Program-made: the position numbers and the translations under genes
Notes under the pieces: model-generated
The model's database searches: none
The model's input: the letters and a program-made list of their open reading frames with translations, nothing else
Told to the model about the DNA's origin: nothing
Virus record (IMG/VR): IMGVR_UViG_2822194890_000001
Coordinates: 4,179-68,178 of that record
Length of the DNA stretch: 64,000 nt
Reading direction: 5' to 3' (one strand)
Origin: a virus
Taxonomy: Duplodnaviria; Caudoviricetes
In this document: one piece after another, positions 1-10,677 of the stretch
How the letters are laid out: the number at the start of each line of letters is the position of its first letter
How positions within the stretch are numbered: the first letter of the stretch is position 1

Positions 1-5
1 CCCAG

Positions 6-1583
6 TTGCCGGTGTTTCTAGAGCAAGGTGTAAAAATAATAGTAGGTATTGTCCAAGGAATTACACAAGCTCTTCCTCAAGTGGTAACTGTAATTTCTCA
101 GATAATCACAACATTTGTCACAACCTTAACGACATTATTACCGCAAATAATAATTATTGGTATTTCATTAATTCAAACATTAGTATCTGCAATGATTGGG
201 GCGTTACCTCAAATGATCAATGCGTCGATTCAAATAATAAATGCATTAGTCCAAGGGATCACGCAGATGCTACCATTAATTATTGATGCCGGAATTCAAA
301 TTATAACAACGTTAGTACAAACAATAATCCCGTTAATCCCACAATTAATAGACGCAGGGATCCAAATTTTAATGGCCCTCATCAACGGGATAATTCAGAT
401 ATTGCCACAACTAATCGACGCGGCAATTCAAATACTAACGACGTTGATGAATGCTATTGTTCAAAACCTCCCGTTAATCATTGATGCCGGAATGCAAATT
501 CTAAATTCAGTGATTCAAGGTATAATTCAAGTTTTCCCGCAACTAATAGATGCAGCATTGCAAATCATTACACAATTTACGGACGCCATCATTCAGAATT
601 TGCCGCAAATTATCGAATCGGGGATACAGATTCTAACCAAGCTTATTGAAGGGATCATTCAAGTTCTCCCACAAATTGTTGATGCAGTTATAAAAATAAT
701 CAATAAATTTACAGAAATAATTGTCCAGAATCTACCGCAGATTATAGATGCTGGTGTTCAAATTTTGACGAAATTAATCAATGGGATTATTCAGGTGCTA
801 CCTCAATTGGTTTCTGCTGCAATTAGACTTATGGCTGAACTGCTTAAAGCAATTATTCAACATTTACCAGAATTACTTTCTGCAGGTAAAGATCTAATTG
901 GTGCTCTAATAGATGGTGTTCTAAGTTTGCTTGGAGAGGTATTTAGTTCAGGTGTAGAAATTGGTGGGCAATTATTAGATTCATTAGGTGATGTTAATTT
1001 ATTCGACATCGGCGTTAACATCGTTGAGGGTTTAATTGGCGGTATTGGTTCTATGATTGGATCGGCTGTATCAGCAGCAAAAGAACTCGGTAGTAGTATT
1101 GCTGGCGCTGTATCAGGAATATTGGATATCCATTCTCCTTCCCGTGTTATGAGAGACTTGGGGATTTATACAGGACAAGGTTTAGTTAAAGGTATTAGGT
1201 CTATGGAAAGTCCAGTATATCGGGCAGCAAAGACAATGGCTGAATCTGTTAAAGATGCATTGGATTCATTATCTGAAGGAATATCACTTGGTGATGTTTC
1301 TATGGGAGCTGTATCAGGTCCTGCAATTCCGATGGTTTCTGCTGGGTACAAAACACCTGCAAGTATTTCATCAGTTCCATCTAGTGTAGGACAAAGTAAT
1401 TCGAAAAGCATTCAAACTACAAACCCACAAGTTAGCAATGCTAATAATTCATCTAGAAATATAGTAATAGAGAATGTAGTAATGCTAGATGGGTACGAAA
1501 TTGCAAGATCGAGTCAGCCATACCTAGACGACATGCAAGCAGGTAAAATTCAAATAAAATCTTATATGCAAGGAGGACGCTGA
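6..1583 (+). CDS. Tail tape measure protein, C-terminal part (5' end outside window)
   Basis: Long ~22-aa periodic I/L/Q-rich helical repeats (LPQIIDAGIQIL); C-terminal ILDIHSPSRVM motif typical of siphovirus TMPs; precedes the distal tail gene. Confidence 0.9.
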   Translation: MPVFLEQGVKIIVGIVQGITQALPQVVTVISQIITTFVTTLTTLLPQIIIIGISLIQTLVSAMIGALPQMINASIQIINALVQGITQMLPLIIDAGIQIITTLVQTIIPLIPQLIDAGIQILMALINGIIQILPQLIDAAIQILTTLMNAIVQNLPLIIDAGMQILNSVIQGIIQVFPQLIDAALQIITQFTDAIIQNLPQIIESGIQILTKLIEGIIQVLPQIVDAVIKIINKFTEIIVQNLPQIIDAGVQILTKLINGIIQVLPQLVSAAIRLMAELLKAIIQHLPELLSAGKDLIGALIDGVLSLLGEVFSSGVEIGGQLLDSLGDVNLFDIGVNIVEGLIGGIGSMIGSAVSAAKELGSSIAGAVSGILDIHSPSRVMRDLGIYTGQGLVKGIRSMESPVYRAAKTMAESVKDALDSLSEGISLGDVSMGAVSGPAIPMVSAGYKTPASISSVPSSVGQSNSKSIQTTNPQVSNANNSSRNIVIENVVMLDGYEIARSSQPYLDDMQAGKIQIKSYMQGGR

Positions 1584-1587
1584 TAGA

Positions 1588-2418
1588 TTGGAAGATATCA
1601 AAACGCTCGGCACAATTGTAAAATTATTAAACGGAACTATATTTGATTTAGATGAAATCGGTGTTGAAACAAGAGACTTTAATCCTTCAGCGCCTTCTCC
1701 AAAGCATAGTTATGAGGAAATAGAAGGAAGCCATGGAGCGATTGATTTAGGGACTGTTTATGGTCCACGTAAAATCAATTGCGCTTTCTATATAAAAGCA
1801 TCTGATATGTGGGACTATGCACTATTCCGAGATGAAGTATTTAACATGTTTGATAGTAGACAACCTTTTTATATTATTGATAAGCGTAATCTAGGCAAAC
1901 AATGGTTAGTTAAATGCGAGTCAGAATATGAAATAGACCAGCAAAGGATATATGGTTTTTTTGATATTAAATTTATATCATCCAGTCCGTTTGCTGAATC
2001 AATAGGAACCACACTGACTCCGTTAGATATTGATTTAGGTTTGTGGCAGATTGGACAAGGATTAACATTTGAAGATCCAAAGTATGTCCACTCCACCTCT
2101 ACATTCCGTATTTATAATGCTGGTAATGTTCCGCTCAACCCACGAAGAATGCCCTTGTTAATTAAATTTAAAGGTGCATCGACCAATTTAAAGATTAAAA
2201 ACAAGACAACTAGCGATGAGTGGTCTTATACAGGAACAACTTCAGCAAATGACACGATAAGATTAGATCAAGTGAGATTCACGAAGAACAGTTTATCTAT
2301 TGTGCGAGATACAAATAAAAAGTTGATTACGCTAAATCCAGGATTTAACGACTTTGAAATTACAGGCACCTCAGGTGCCTTTTCTATTTCATTCGATTTT
2401 AGATTTTACTATCTATAG
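1588..2418 (+). CDS. Distal tail protein (Dit, Sipho_tail family)
   Basis: Directly after TMP; 276 aa; motifs GAIDLGTVYGPRKI and FISSSPFAES; ends FDFRFYYL like Bacillus phage Dit proteins. Confidence 0.8.
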   Translation: MEDIKTLGTIVKLLNGTIFDLDEIGVETRDFNPSAPSPKHSYEEIEGSHGAIDLGTVYGPRKINCAFYIKASDMWDYALFRDEVFNMFDSRQPFYIIDKRNLGKQWLVKCESEYEIDQQRIYGFFDIKFISSSPFAESIGTTLTPLDIDLGLWQIGQGLTFEDPKYVHSTSTFRIYNAGNVPLNPRRMPLLIKFKGASTNLKIKNKTTSDEWSYTGTTSANDTIRLDQVRFTKNSLSIVRDTNKKLITLNPGFNDFEITGTSGAFSISFDFRFYYL

Positions 2419-2433
2419 GTAGGAGGTGAACGT

Positions 2434-4437
2434 TTGAATTTAATTACAATTACAGATGTATTGGGAAACACAGAAATATTGACGGGGTTTAAAAGTTTTA
2501 ATCGTGTTCGAAAAGTGAATGGAGAGAAAGTTATAAGTTTTCTCATCATACCAACGGAAGAGAATAAGCACGCTTTCCCACTTGTTCAAGAAGAAAGTAA
2601 AGTCGAATTCGATGGAGAGACTTACGTAATTAAGTCCATAGCCGAAAGGAATATCGGTAATACATTTTATAAACAAGTTGAATGTATCCATGATTTCTTT
2701 GTGAAGATGATTGATAAACAAAAATACGAAGTGCGTGATGGAAGCATGCCATTACGTGATGCACTAGACTTTGTATTTGAAGGTACTGGGTATCAAACAG
2801 CGATAATCGATTCGTTTTACGCTCAAGATTTCGAGAATTTCGGGAAAGACAATCGCTTATCTTTGTTGAAAAAGGTATTAGAACGATATAGAGCGGAAAT
2901 GTCTATTAGCGGAAACTTAGTTAGATTTAAAACGAAGATTGGTGAAGATACTGATTTTCAATTTAGATATAACTTTAATATAAAGACCTTCGAACGTACA
3001 ATTGATACAAAATCACTCGCTACATACATTCGAGGGTATGGTAAAGACGGATTAATGAGAGAGTATATAAGTCCAAACGTTCATATATTCGGTTTTCTTG
3101 AAGCCCCTATGATTGATGATGAAAGGTACACCACAATATCAGGATTAGATAACGCTTTAAAAGAATCATTACAAGACACTCCTATCATTAGCATGACGCT
3201 TGATTTTATAGATTTAAGAAAAGCCGGATACCCTTACATTATCCCTAATGAAGGAGATCGAGTTCTTTTAATTTACGAGCCGATGAATGTGGATATTGAA
3301 ACGAGAATCATGGAGATTGATGAAGAGTTTAATAACGAATTAGAAATAATTAGCTGTAAAGTTACACTAGCTAACTATAAAAAAGATTTATCAGGTACTC
3401 TTCTTCAAACGATACAAAAATCATTAAAAGGCATTGTGAATAATGACGGGAAAATAATATACAACGCTCTTGATGAAGCGGTAAAACGTGCAACTCAAGC
3501 TATTAAAAACGCTCAGACAGAACTAGTTTTCGAGAATGGAATACTTGCTGTTGACCCTAACAACCCCAATAACCTTGTCGCTTTCAATAGTGCTGGTATT
3601 GGGGTTAGTCGTGATGGTGGGAATACATTTAAAGAAGCACTAACCTATGAAGGATTAGTTGCATCGGTAGGGGTTATAGGTCAATTTGAAGCAAATAATA
3701 TTAAAGTTGGACCAGGTACATTTTTTGAAGAAGGTTATGATCCTTTAAAAGTTTCTAATAGGCTAGATACTTTAATTGATAACTTATCAGAAGATAACGT
3801 AATTACAGTTATTGAAAAGCAATTTTTAAGTGCAGAGTGGGTGAAAATTCAAAATGAGTTTAGTTCCACCATGCAGATTGCGGCAGGGTATTGGAAACCG
3901 GAAGAAAAGATTTTCGAAAGAGATATGTATACACAAAGATATGAAGAACTGAAGAACTTTTTAACTGTTGAACATGATGAAAATAATAAGGCAGCCATTT
4001 TATCACCGAATAATATGATAAAAGACTCTGTTATCAATGGCGACAGATATAAAAGTTGTTTGACGAATTACTTTGAATCTAGGAATAAAATGAATGAGTT
4101 AATCTTGTTTCGTACAAAAGAAATTGCTGATACAGCTCAAAAGAATGTAGATGAAGTAACGAATCATATTGTATATAAAGTTGAGATTCGAAGTACGAAC
4201 GGGACCACATTTAAGAACGGTCAGATTAGTACAGAACTTGAAGCGCGTGTGTATCACGGAGCAACAGATGTTACGAATACAATTGATTTTATGCATAAAT
4301 GGACAAGAAAATCCGCTGATTCGCTTGGTGATAACACATGGAATAAGGCGCATGAAAATGCTGGTAAGAAGGTCACTATTACAAATTTAGATATAAATAT
4401 ACGAGCTACATTTGCATGTGAAATAAATAAATTATAG
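2434..4437 (+). CDS. Tail-associated hub/Tal protein (prophage tail endopeptidase family)
   Basis: Follows Dit; FRYNFNIK..TYIRGYGK motif; GIGVSRDGGNTF motif of Bacillus prophage tail proteins. Confidence 0.8.
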   Translation: MNLITITDVLGNTEILTGFKSFNRVRKVNGEKVISFLIIPTEENKHAFPLVQEESKVEFDGETYVIKSIAERNIGNTFYKQVECIHDFFVKMIDKQKYEVRDGSMPLRDALDFVFEGTGYQTAIIDSFYAQDFENFGKDNRLSLLKKVLERYRAEMSISGNLVRFKTKIGEDTDFQFRYNFNIKTFERTIDTKSLATYIRGYGKDGLMREYISPNVHIFGFLEAPMIDDERYTTISGLDNALKESLQDTPIISMTLDFIDLRKAGYPYIIPNEGDRVLLIYEPMNVDIETRIMEIDEEFNNELEIISCKVTLANYKKDLSGTLLQTIQKSLKGIVNNDGKIIYNALDEAVKRATQAIKNAQTELVFENGILAVDPNNPNNLVAFNSAGIGVSRDGGNTFKEALTYEGLVASVGVIGQFEANNIKVGPGTFFEEGYDPLKVSNRLDTLIDNLSEDNVITVIEKQFLSAEWVKIQNEFSSTMQIAAGYWKPEEKIFERDMYTQRYEELKNFLTVEHDENNKAAILSPNNMIKDSVINGDRYKSCLTNYFESRNKMNELILFRTKEIADTAQKNVDEVTNHIVYKVEIRSTNGTTFKNGQISTELEARVYHGATDVTNTIDFMHKWTRKSADSLGDNTWNKAHENAGKKVTITNLDINIRATFACEINKL

Positions 4438-4455
4438 TTGGAAGGAAGATGAAGA

Positions 4456-5535
4456 ATGGCAGTTGTAGCAAGTGGTCAAATTACGTTAATTGATTTGAAC
4501 GATGCAAAAAGTTTAACGGGGTACATTGGTTCAAATCAGGCAAAAGTACAAATTTTTAACCCGAACGGAACCACTTATACACCTAACTGGACAACAAATA
4601 ATATGATATTAACTCCATCTTTATTTGTATCCGGTACAGCAACCGATATTATTGGACAAACAAAGAGCATTATATGGTATGAGCAAGGTAATAACACGCC
4701 AATTGCAAATGATACAAATTATTCAATTGGTACTGGAGTTGGAAAACCGCTAACCATTAAGGCAAATATTTTAGCGTCTAAAAATCAGCAAGTATATCTT
4801 TGTGAAGTGGTATGGACTGATCCATCCACAGGATTGGATATCACATCTAAACTGGATATTGAATTGGTAAAGGTGACGAACGGAACGAATGGAACAAATG
4901 GTAGCAATGGTGCAAATGGTCAAAATGCTATTGCTGCATATGTATGGGCGCCAAATGGGAACATTTTTAGAAATAGTGCAGGTAGTCTTATAGCTGAATG
5001 CGATGTGTTTAATGGTTCCACACAGCAAACAACAGGCGTAACGTATCAATGGTATAAACAAGATGCTTCCGTTGCTACGGATCAAGGCGGAGGTGTTGGA
5101 TGGTTAAAACTTACTTCCACAGCAACAGGCGGAGGAACAAGCGGACATACCACTGATAAATTAACAATTCCAGCCGGAGCAGTAGCTGGGATGGCGTCCT
5201 TTAAATGTATTGCTACTTATAGTTCTAAAACGTATGTGGATGTTGTTACGTTTGCAGACCAAACAGACCCATTGCAAGTTACACCAATAGCGTTAACAGG
5301 AAACGTCTTTAAAAATGGACAAGGTACGGTGCAAGTTATTGCGAAAGTATACCAAGCAGGGGCAGAAGTAGATGCAGCCGGAACAAAATATCAATACAGA
5401 TGGTACTTATATAACTCAGGTGGAACGATGGTTCCGAATTGGGGTGGAATAACAAATTACAAAACAGGAAAAACACTTACAGTGCAAGCTTCTGAAGTCA
5501 CTGGTAAAGGCACTGTAATTTGTGAGATTGAGTAG
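4456..5535 (+). CDS. Minor tail / baseplate fibre protein (Ig-like repeats)
   Basis: Starts MAVVASGQITLIDLNDA; T/G/N-rich beta domains and a short collagen-like GTNGTNGSNGANG linker; lies in tail module. Confidence 0.7.
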   Translation: MAVVASGQITLIDLNDAKSLTGYIGSNQAKVQIFNPNGTTYTPNWTTNNMILTPSLFVSGTATDIIGQTKSIIWYEQGNNTPIANDTNYSIGTGVGKPLTIKANILASKNQQVYLCEVVWTDPSTGLDITSKLDIELVKVTNGTNGTNGSNGANGQNAIAAYVWAPNGNIFRNSAGSLIAECDVFNGSTQQTTGVTYQWYKQDASVATDQGGGVGWLKLTSTATGGGTSGHTTDKLTIPAGAVAGMASFKCIATYSSKTYVDVVTFADQTDPLQVTPIALTGNVFKNGQGTVQVIAKVYQAGAEVDAAGTKYQYRWYLYNSGGTMVPNWGGITNYKTGKTLTVQASEVTGKGTVICEIE

Positions 5536-5543
5536 GTGATAGT

Positions 5544-7280
5544 ATGCCAAAAGCAGCAGGTTTTATAACGTTACTTGATTTAAACGATGCATTAATTAGT
5601 GGTTCAGCCCCTAGTAATCCAACTACAGGAACACTATGGATAGATTCATCTGTTAAACCCAACGTTTTGAAAATGTGGGATGGGAAGAGTTGGGTAGTTC
5701 AATCCCTTGACTTAGCATCTTTGGATAAGGAAGCAAATGATAAAATCGAAAATGCAACTACTACTCTTTCAAATCTTGCTGACGATTCAAAAATTGATAT
5801 TACAGAAAGAAGTTATGTGAAAGATAAACTGGCAAATATAATTGGATCCGTTTTGCCTGATACAGCAAACACCTTGCCAGTCGCTACCGCTTTAGATAGT
5901 GGAGGTAAAGGTGAGTTTTACTCTGTCCGAAAACAGGCTACTAATATAGGAATACCAACTTCAGATACGAACTATATAGCTGTAACAACTCAATACACAA
6001 ATTTAAAAACGTATCTAGAAGCTCTTACACCGATTGATGCATGGGATACATCCATTGGTAATAAAGACAAGGTTATCCTGATTAATCCTACCGTATGGCG
6101 TGATACATGGCTTAAATACTATCAAGCTATAGATGTACTAAGTGAAGCCATCCAAGTAAAAGCGAAAAATAATGTGGATGAGCAAACCGCTGGTGGTAGT
6201 AACATGTTAAAAAATACAGCGGACTTTATTGCGAATCGACTGTGGGGAGACAATGGACAAGGTGGCGGTGTTCCAGATAGTTCACTCTTATATAACGGAA
6301 AGAGAACATTAAGGGTTCCTATGCCACAAGGGGTTAAGTACCTTGAACCTAATATACCTTTGAAAAGAAATACCTATTATACGTATTCTGCAATGGTATA
6401 CGGTTCAGCAGCAGGAAATGGAACAACGACAACTCCACTTCATTTTTGGGCGCATACAGTAAAAGATACAGCTGGACAGATGGTTGAAATTATTAAGTAC
6501 GATCAATCATTTTTATCAAAACAATGGAAAAGGTTATATGTCACCTTTTTAACACCAAAAGATAAGGATTTATATTTTTCTCCCTATATTTTTAATGGGA
6601 TGGCATCCGGTACATTAAATGTAATTGAGATGGCATTTCAAGAAGGTAGTATATTAACTGGATGGATAGAAAATCCGGATGAAGTACGCGAGAAGATTGA
6701 AAAAATCCAAACTGATTTACGTCTCACAAGCCCGCTTCCAACAACAATCACCTTAGATTCAAATGGGATCACAGCAAATACAGGGAAATCAGATGCCTTT
6801 GCAAGAATGGACTATCGCGGAGTTTATGCGAAAAAGGGTGCTATACAAATAGAACGAGAAGATGGGTACAATTTAATCATAAACGGGATAGCAAACTTTG
6901 ATATGAATGTTAGTTCTCATGAACCACCATTTATGGCACCGGGCGTGAATTATAGTGCCTATTGGTACGCAACACGAAATACAACATGGTCAAATTGTAA
7001 TTACTTCACATTTAAACACACAGGGAGATATTTAGTTTTTGCATTGAGTCTTGCGATTGATCCAGGTTCAGCGGCACAAGTGAAAATAACGGATATAGAT
7101 GGGGCTGATTTGTGGTACACCATGCATAGTAAAACGATTGCTGATGATTATTATGTAAATGCCATGATTGATCTGGGTGTACCAACAGGGCGTATGAGGT
7201 ATATCTATTTAAAGCTGGCATCCAATAGTGCAAATAACACCGCATATGCAAGGTTATTAAGTGCATGGCAAGAAAGGTGA
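5544..7280 (+). CDS. Tail fibre / receptor-binding protein with carbohydrate-binding-like domain
   Basis: GTLWIDSS..LKMWDGKSW motif, GGSNMLKNT start of a CBM-like domain, AFQEG..TGW motif; end of tail module. Confidence 0.7.
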   Translation: MPKAAGFITLLDLNDALISGSAPSNPTTGTLWIDSSVKPNVLKMWDGKSWVVQSLDLASLDKEANDKIENATTTLSNLADDSKIDITERSYVKDKLANIIGSVLPDTANTLPVATALDSGGKGEFYSVRKQATNIGIPTSDTNYIAVTTQYTNLKTYLEALTPIDAWDTSIGNKDKVILINPTVWRDTWLKYYQAIDVLSEAIQVKAKNNVDEQTAGGSNMLKNTADFIANRLWGDNGQGGGVPDSSLLYNGKRTLRVPMPQGVKYLEPNIPLKRNTYYTYSAMVYGSAAGNGTTTTPLHFWAHTVKDTAGQMVEIIKYDQSFLSKQWKRLYVTFLTPKDKDLYFSPYIFNGMASGTLNVIEMAFQEGSILTGWIENPDEVREKIEKIQTDLRLTSPLPTTITLDSNGITANTGKSDAFARMDYRGVYAKKGAIQIEREDGYNLIINGIANFDMNVSSHEPPFMAPGVNYSAYWYATRNTTWSNCNYFTFKHTGRYLVFALSLAIDPGSAAQVKITDIDGADLWYTMHSKTIADDYYVNAMIDLGVPTGRMRYIYLKLASNSANNTAYARLLSAWQER

Positions 7281-7654
7281 TGAAAATGGATATTAAAGAA
7301 AAATATGAACTGTATGAACGGTATAAAACGTGTGTTTACTGTGATTCAGATGATGCAGGGAATATTACGCGGTTAGAATGTGGACAACATATTATACCGA
7401 GTAGTGATTATATACATTTCTTTCGAGTTGATCGCTACGTAACAGACACGATTCGAAATTATAAGATTGTCTGGAATGGAAGAGTTGCAGAGTTACAAGC
7501 AATTGATTTAGGAATAGAAGAGAAAGTAAAGAAAATATATTTCGCACCTACAAAAGAAGAGTTAGAACGAGAAAAGGCAGAAATGGAAGCAAAAATTAAA
7601 ATGCTTGAAGAACAAATAGCAGCACAACTAGTCGCACCAATCGAAAAAGAATAA
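7265..7654 (+). CDS. Hypothetical phage tail-associated protein
   Basis: Overlaps the fibre gene; C-terminal coiled coil; followed by a terminator. Confidence 0.55.
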   Translation: MARKVMKMDIKEKYELYERYKTCVYCDSDDAGNITRLECGQHIIPSSDYIHFFRVDRYVTDTIRNYKIVWNGRVAELQAIDLGIEEKVKKIYFAPTKEELEREKAEMEAKIKMLEEQIAAQLVAPIEKE

Positions 7655-7657
7655 ACC

Positions 7658-7691
7658 AAAGAGAGACAATTAAATATGTCGCTCTTTTTTT
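7658..7691 (+). terminator. Intrinsic terminator after tail operon
   Basis: AAAGAGAGAC...GTCGCTCTTTTTTT hairpin plus T-tract. Confidence 0.6.
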
Positions 7692-7706
7692 ATTGCTTAA
7701 AAAGGG

Positions 7707-7952
7707 GTGGTCAAAGTGGAAGGATTACAAGAAGTAAGAAGTGATGTTCATGAAATAAAACAAGATATCAAGGAAATTCGTTTAGAAATTAAAAGCTTAG
7801 AGATGCGAACAACAGGTAACGAAAAAGACATTATCAATATCACTAAACAGTTAGATAAGATCGGCGCCAATACTACCTGGATATTACGACTTATTGTGGG
7901 TGGACTTGTTGGAGCAGCACTGACTTTCTTCCTGAAAGGAGGTGGTATGTAA
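7707..7952 (+). CDS. xhlA: Hemolysin XhlA family lysis protein
   Basis: Coiled coil then NTTWILRLIVGGLVGAAL transmembrane segment; just before the holin. Confidence 0.8.
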   Translation: MVKVEGLQEVRSDVHEIKQDIKEIRLEIKSLEMRTTGNEKDIINITKQLDKIGANTTWILRLIVGGLVGAALTFFLKGGGM

Positions 7953-8191
7953 TGTTTGAAATTACAGTAATAATTGGCATTGTAGTTGGCCTTTCACAAA
8001 TTGGCAAAACAATTGGATTACAAACAAAATATGTTCCGTTATTGAACTTAACGCTTGGCATTGTGCTAGGCGTTTTATTTTTGGCTGGAGATATCAAAAC
8101 AAATATATTTCAAGGAATCATCATTGGACTGTCAGCAAGCGGATTATTTGACCACACCAAAATTATGAAAAAGGATGTTGATGTAAAATGA
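7952..8191 (+). CDS. Holin
   Basis: 79 aa, 2-3 TM helices, GIIIGLSASGLFD motif, basic C-terminus; directly before the endolysin. Confidence 0.85.
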   Translation: MFEITVIIGIVVGLSQIGKTIGLQTKYVPLLNLTLGIVLGVLFLAGDIKTNIFQGIIIGLSASGLFDHTKIMKKDVDVK

Positions 8192-9252
8192 AAAAGACGT
8201 TAAAACATATTTCTTCTGTAGTCTTTGCAGTTATTTTAGTTTTATCTATTGCAACAAGTGCTTTTGCTGATAGAACACTTATTATTCCTGATTTACCTAA
8301 ACAACCATACCGTTATGGCGTAGGTGTATATGAGGGTGTTGTAGCTCATTCTACAGCCACTCCAGAAGCTCCAGCTATTAACATTCAAAAATATGAGTCT
8401 CGTACATGGAGAAATGCATTTGTTCACTATGCAGTCGATTGGGACGAAACAATCCAAATCGCTGATACAAAGTACATTGCTTATGGTGGTGGACCTGCTG
8501 CGAATAAACGATTTGTACATGTAGAATTATGCGAAACAGCGGACTATACAAAATTCAAGCGTTCTTATGGAAAGTATGTAAAACTTTTAGCGAAAATTTT
8601 GAAAGATAACAAGATATCTGTAGAAAAAGGATTGTGGACGCATAGCGATGTTACGCATCATCTCGGCGGTACAGATCATGAAGATCCAATTGATTATTTA
8701 AAGTCTCATGGCGTTTCAGAAGCTCAATTTAGAGCGGATGTACAACGAGCGTACAATAATTCTAGTGCTGATGTTTCTGTACCTGAAAAACCATCTAAAC
8801 CAGAAGAAGTACCAACAGCTGTAACAGAGGGCATTGCCTATATTGAAGGATACAATGTGAATTTACGTAAAGGGCCTGGTACAAGCTATTCTAAAATTCG
8901 CCAATTAAATAAACCAGAATCTTATATTGTGTGGGTTGAAAAGGATGGTTGGCTAAATCTTGGTGGAGATCAGTGGATTAAGAACGATCCATCTTATGTG
9001 AAGTTTAATAAGAAAAGCACAGTAGATTCTTCTATTGTTGGAAAGCGTGTCGTTTCAAAAGTTAACAATCTACGTTTCTATGATGCTCCATCTTGGCAGG
9101 ATAAAGATGTTGCTGGTTCTGTAGATGCAGGTTTAGGATTCACAATCGATGCAAAAGTAAATGTTAATGGTTCACCGCAATATAAAGTACACAATAGTAA
9201 AGGCAAAACATACTATGTAACAGCAAATGAAGCCTATGTGTATGTGAAGTAA
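8188..9252 (+). CDS. Endolysin, N-acetylmuramoyl-L-alanine amidase (Amidase_2) with SH3b and C-terminal cell-wall-binding domain
   Basis: VVAHSTATP, FVHYAVD, VHVELCE, HSDV..GGTDHEDP motifs; NVNLRKGPGTSY SH3b repeat; N-terminal signal peptide ending AFA. Confidence 0.92.
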   Translation: MKKTLKHISSVVFAVILVLSIATSAFADRTLIIPDLPKQPYRYGVGVYEGVVAHSTATPEAPAINIQKYESRTWRNAFVHYAVDWDETIQIADTKYIAYGGGPAANKRFVHVELCETADYTKFKRSYGKYVKLLAKILKDNKISVEKGLWTHSDVTHHLGGTDHEDPIDYLKSHGVSEAQFRADVQRAYNNSSADVSVPEKPSKPEEVPTAVTEGIAYIEGYNVNLRKGPGTSYSKIRQLNKPESYIVWVEKDGWLNLGGDQWIKNDPSYVKFNKKSTVDSSIVGKRVVSKVNNLRFYDAPSWQDKDVAGSVDAGLGFTIDAKVNVNGSPQYKVHNSKGKTYYVTANEAYVYVK

Positions 9253-9322
9253 GGAAATGAAAAAAGAGCATTCCTGGTTGGATGGGTGAAGTGACCCCTA
9301 AAAGTTAGACACGGTTATTTCA

Positions 9323-10132
9323 TTAGGCAGCTTGATCCAAATGAGTCCGGTATTGCACCGGGCTCATTTTTAATTTTGCCTTTATCCGTTTCGTATTATA
9401 ATAATCTACATATTTTTCTAATTCTATTTTAAAATGATCTACACTTTCAAACTCTTTTATGTAGAGGAATTCCGACTTCATGATCCCGAAGGAATTCTCC
9501 ATTACTGCGTTGTCATAACAGTTTCCTTTTCGAGACATACTCTGCACAATACCTCTTGATTCAAGTGTCCGGGCATATTGTTTCATTTGATAATGCCACC
9601 CTTGATCTGAATGCATCAATAGTTGGTGATTTTCCGGTAAACGTTCTAATGCTGTCTCTAACATTTCTGAAACAAGTGAATACGTCGGTCTAGAGCCAAT
9701 TGTATAGGTAATAATCTCACCATTATACAAGTCTAATACAGGTGATATATACAGTTTCTCTCCAAACAATTTAAACTCTGTGATGTCTGTTACCCATTTT
9801 TGATTCGGTGCATCTGCATGAAAATTGCGCGCTAAAATATTGGGTGCAGTTTTACCAATTTTCCCCTTATAAGACTTATATTTTTTCATACGCACAACAC
9901 ACTTTAATCCAAGCTCTTTCATAATGCGTTGAACCTTCTTGTGATTCACTTTTTGACCACGATTCGTTAACTCATCACGAATGCGACGGTAGCCATAACG
10001 GCCTTCATTTTCCTCATAAATCGCTTTAATTTCAGCTTTTAAATCGGCATCTAAATCCGGACGATTCATTTTCTTTACTAAATCATAATACGTGCTTCGT
10101 GGAATGTTAGCTAGCTCTACAAGTGCTTTCAC
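9323..10132 (-). CDS. IS3 transposase OrfB (DDE integrase core)
   Basis: WVTDITEF, HSDQG, SRKGNCYDNAVMENSF motifs; the -1 frame continues upstream from the A AAA AAG site at 10216-10222. Confidence 0.95.
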   Translation of the reverse strand: MKALVELANIPRSTYYDLVKKMNRPDLDADLKAEIKAIYEENEGRYGYRRIRDELTNRGQKVNHKKVQRIMKELGLKCVVRMKKYKSYKGKIGKTAPNILARNFHADAPNQKWVTDITEFKLFGEKLYISPVLDLYNGEIITYTIGSRPTYSLVSEMLETALERLPENHQLLMHSDQGWHYQMKQYARTLESRGIVQSMSRKGNCYDNAVMENSFGIMKSEFLYIKEFESVDHFKIELEKYVDYYNTKRIKAKLKMSPVQYRTHLDQAA

Positions 10133-10158
10133 CGAATATTTATGCCTTAATTCATAGA

Positions 10159-10677
10159 CTACTTGTGTTTTGTCCTGTTTCGTGATTTTTCCTTGTTTTG
10201 AACTAAGGCATTCAACTTTTTTAAGTACTCATTTTCCATTTCAAGCTGTTGAATACGTGCTTCAAGTGCTTCGACTGAACCTTCAACTGGTGTTTGTTTT
10301 GATTGTTTATTTGAATCTTTTTCCATGGATGGACGCCCCTTTTTCTTTGATTGAAGGGCAGCGATTCCTTGTGTTTCGAATTGTTTTTTCCAAACAATAA
10401 TCGTTGAAGGGGCAGGAATATTAAAAATAGCTGCCGTTTCAAATAAGGACGTACCGTTTTCGATCATAAAATTTAGTACGTCTAGTTTAAATTGTTGCGT
10501 GTAATTTGTATACCGTTTTAGAAAAGCTTCCACACCATTTTGTTTATATTGGTTTACCCAATTCAAAATTACGGTGTCTCTTATACCAACCGCTTTACTA
10601 ATTTCTCGGTAACTTTCATTTCCGTTCAAATAACGTTGAACGATGTGTATTTTTTCATCAGCTGTAAATTTAACCAT
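10159..10677 (-). CDS. IS3 transposase OrfA (HTH)
   Basis: Two HTH repeats and a leucine zipper (LEARIQQLEMENEYLKKL) containing the frameshift motif. Confidence 0.93.
   Translation of the reverse strand: MVKFTADEKIHIVQRYLNGNESYREISKAVGIRDTVILNWVNQYKQNGVEAFLKRYTNYTQQFKLDVLNFMIENGTSLFETAAIFNIPAPSTIIVWKKQFETQGIAALQSKKKGRPSMEKDSNKQSKQTPVEGSVEALEARIQQLEMENEYLKKLNALVQNKEKSRNRTKHK

Noticed and set aside
6-900. Periodic repeats at the window start as a novel repeat protein
   Set aside because: Ordinary tape-measure helical repeats.
4456-7280. Diversity-generating retroelement acting on tail fibres
   Set aside because: No reverse transcriptase and no template/variable repeat pair was seen.
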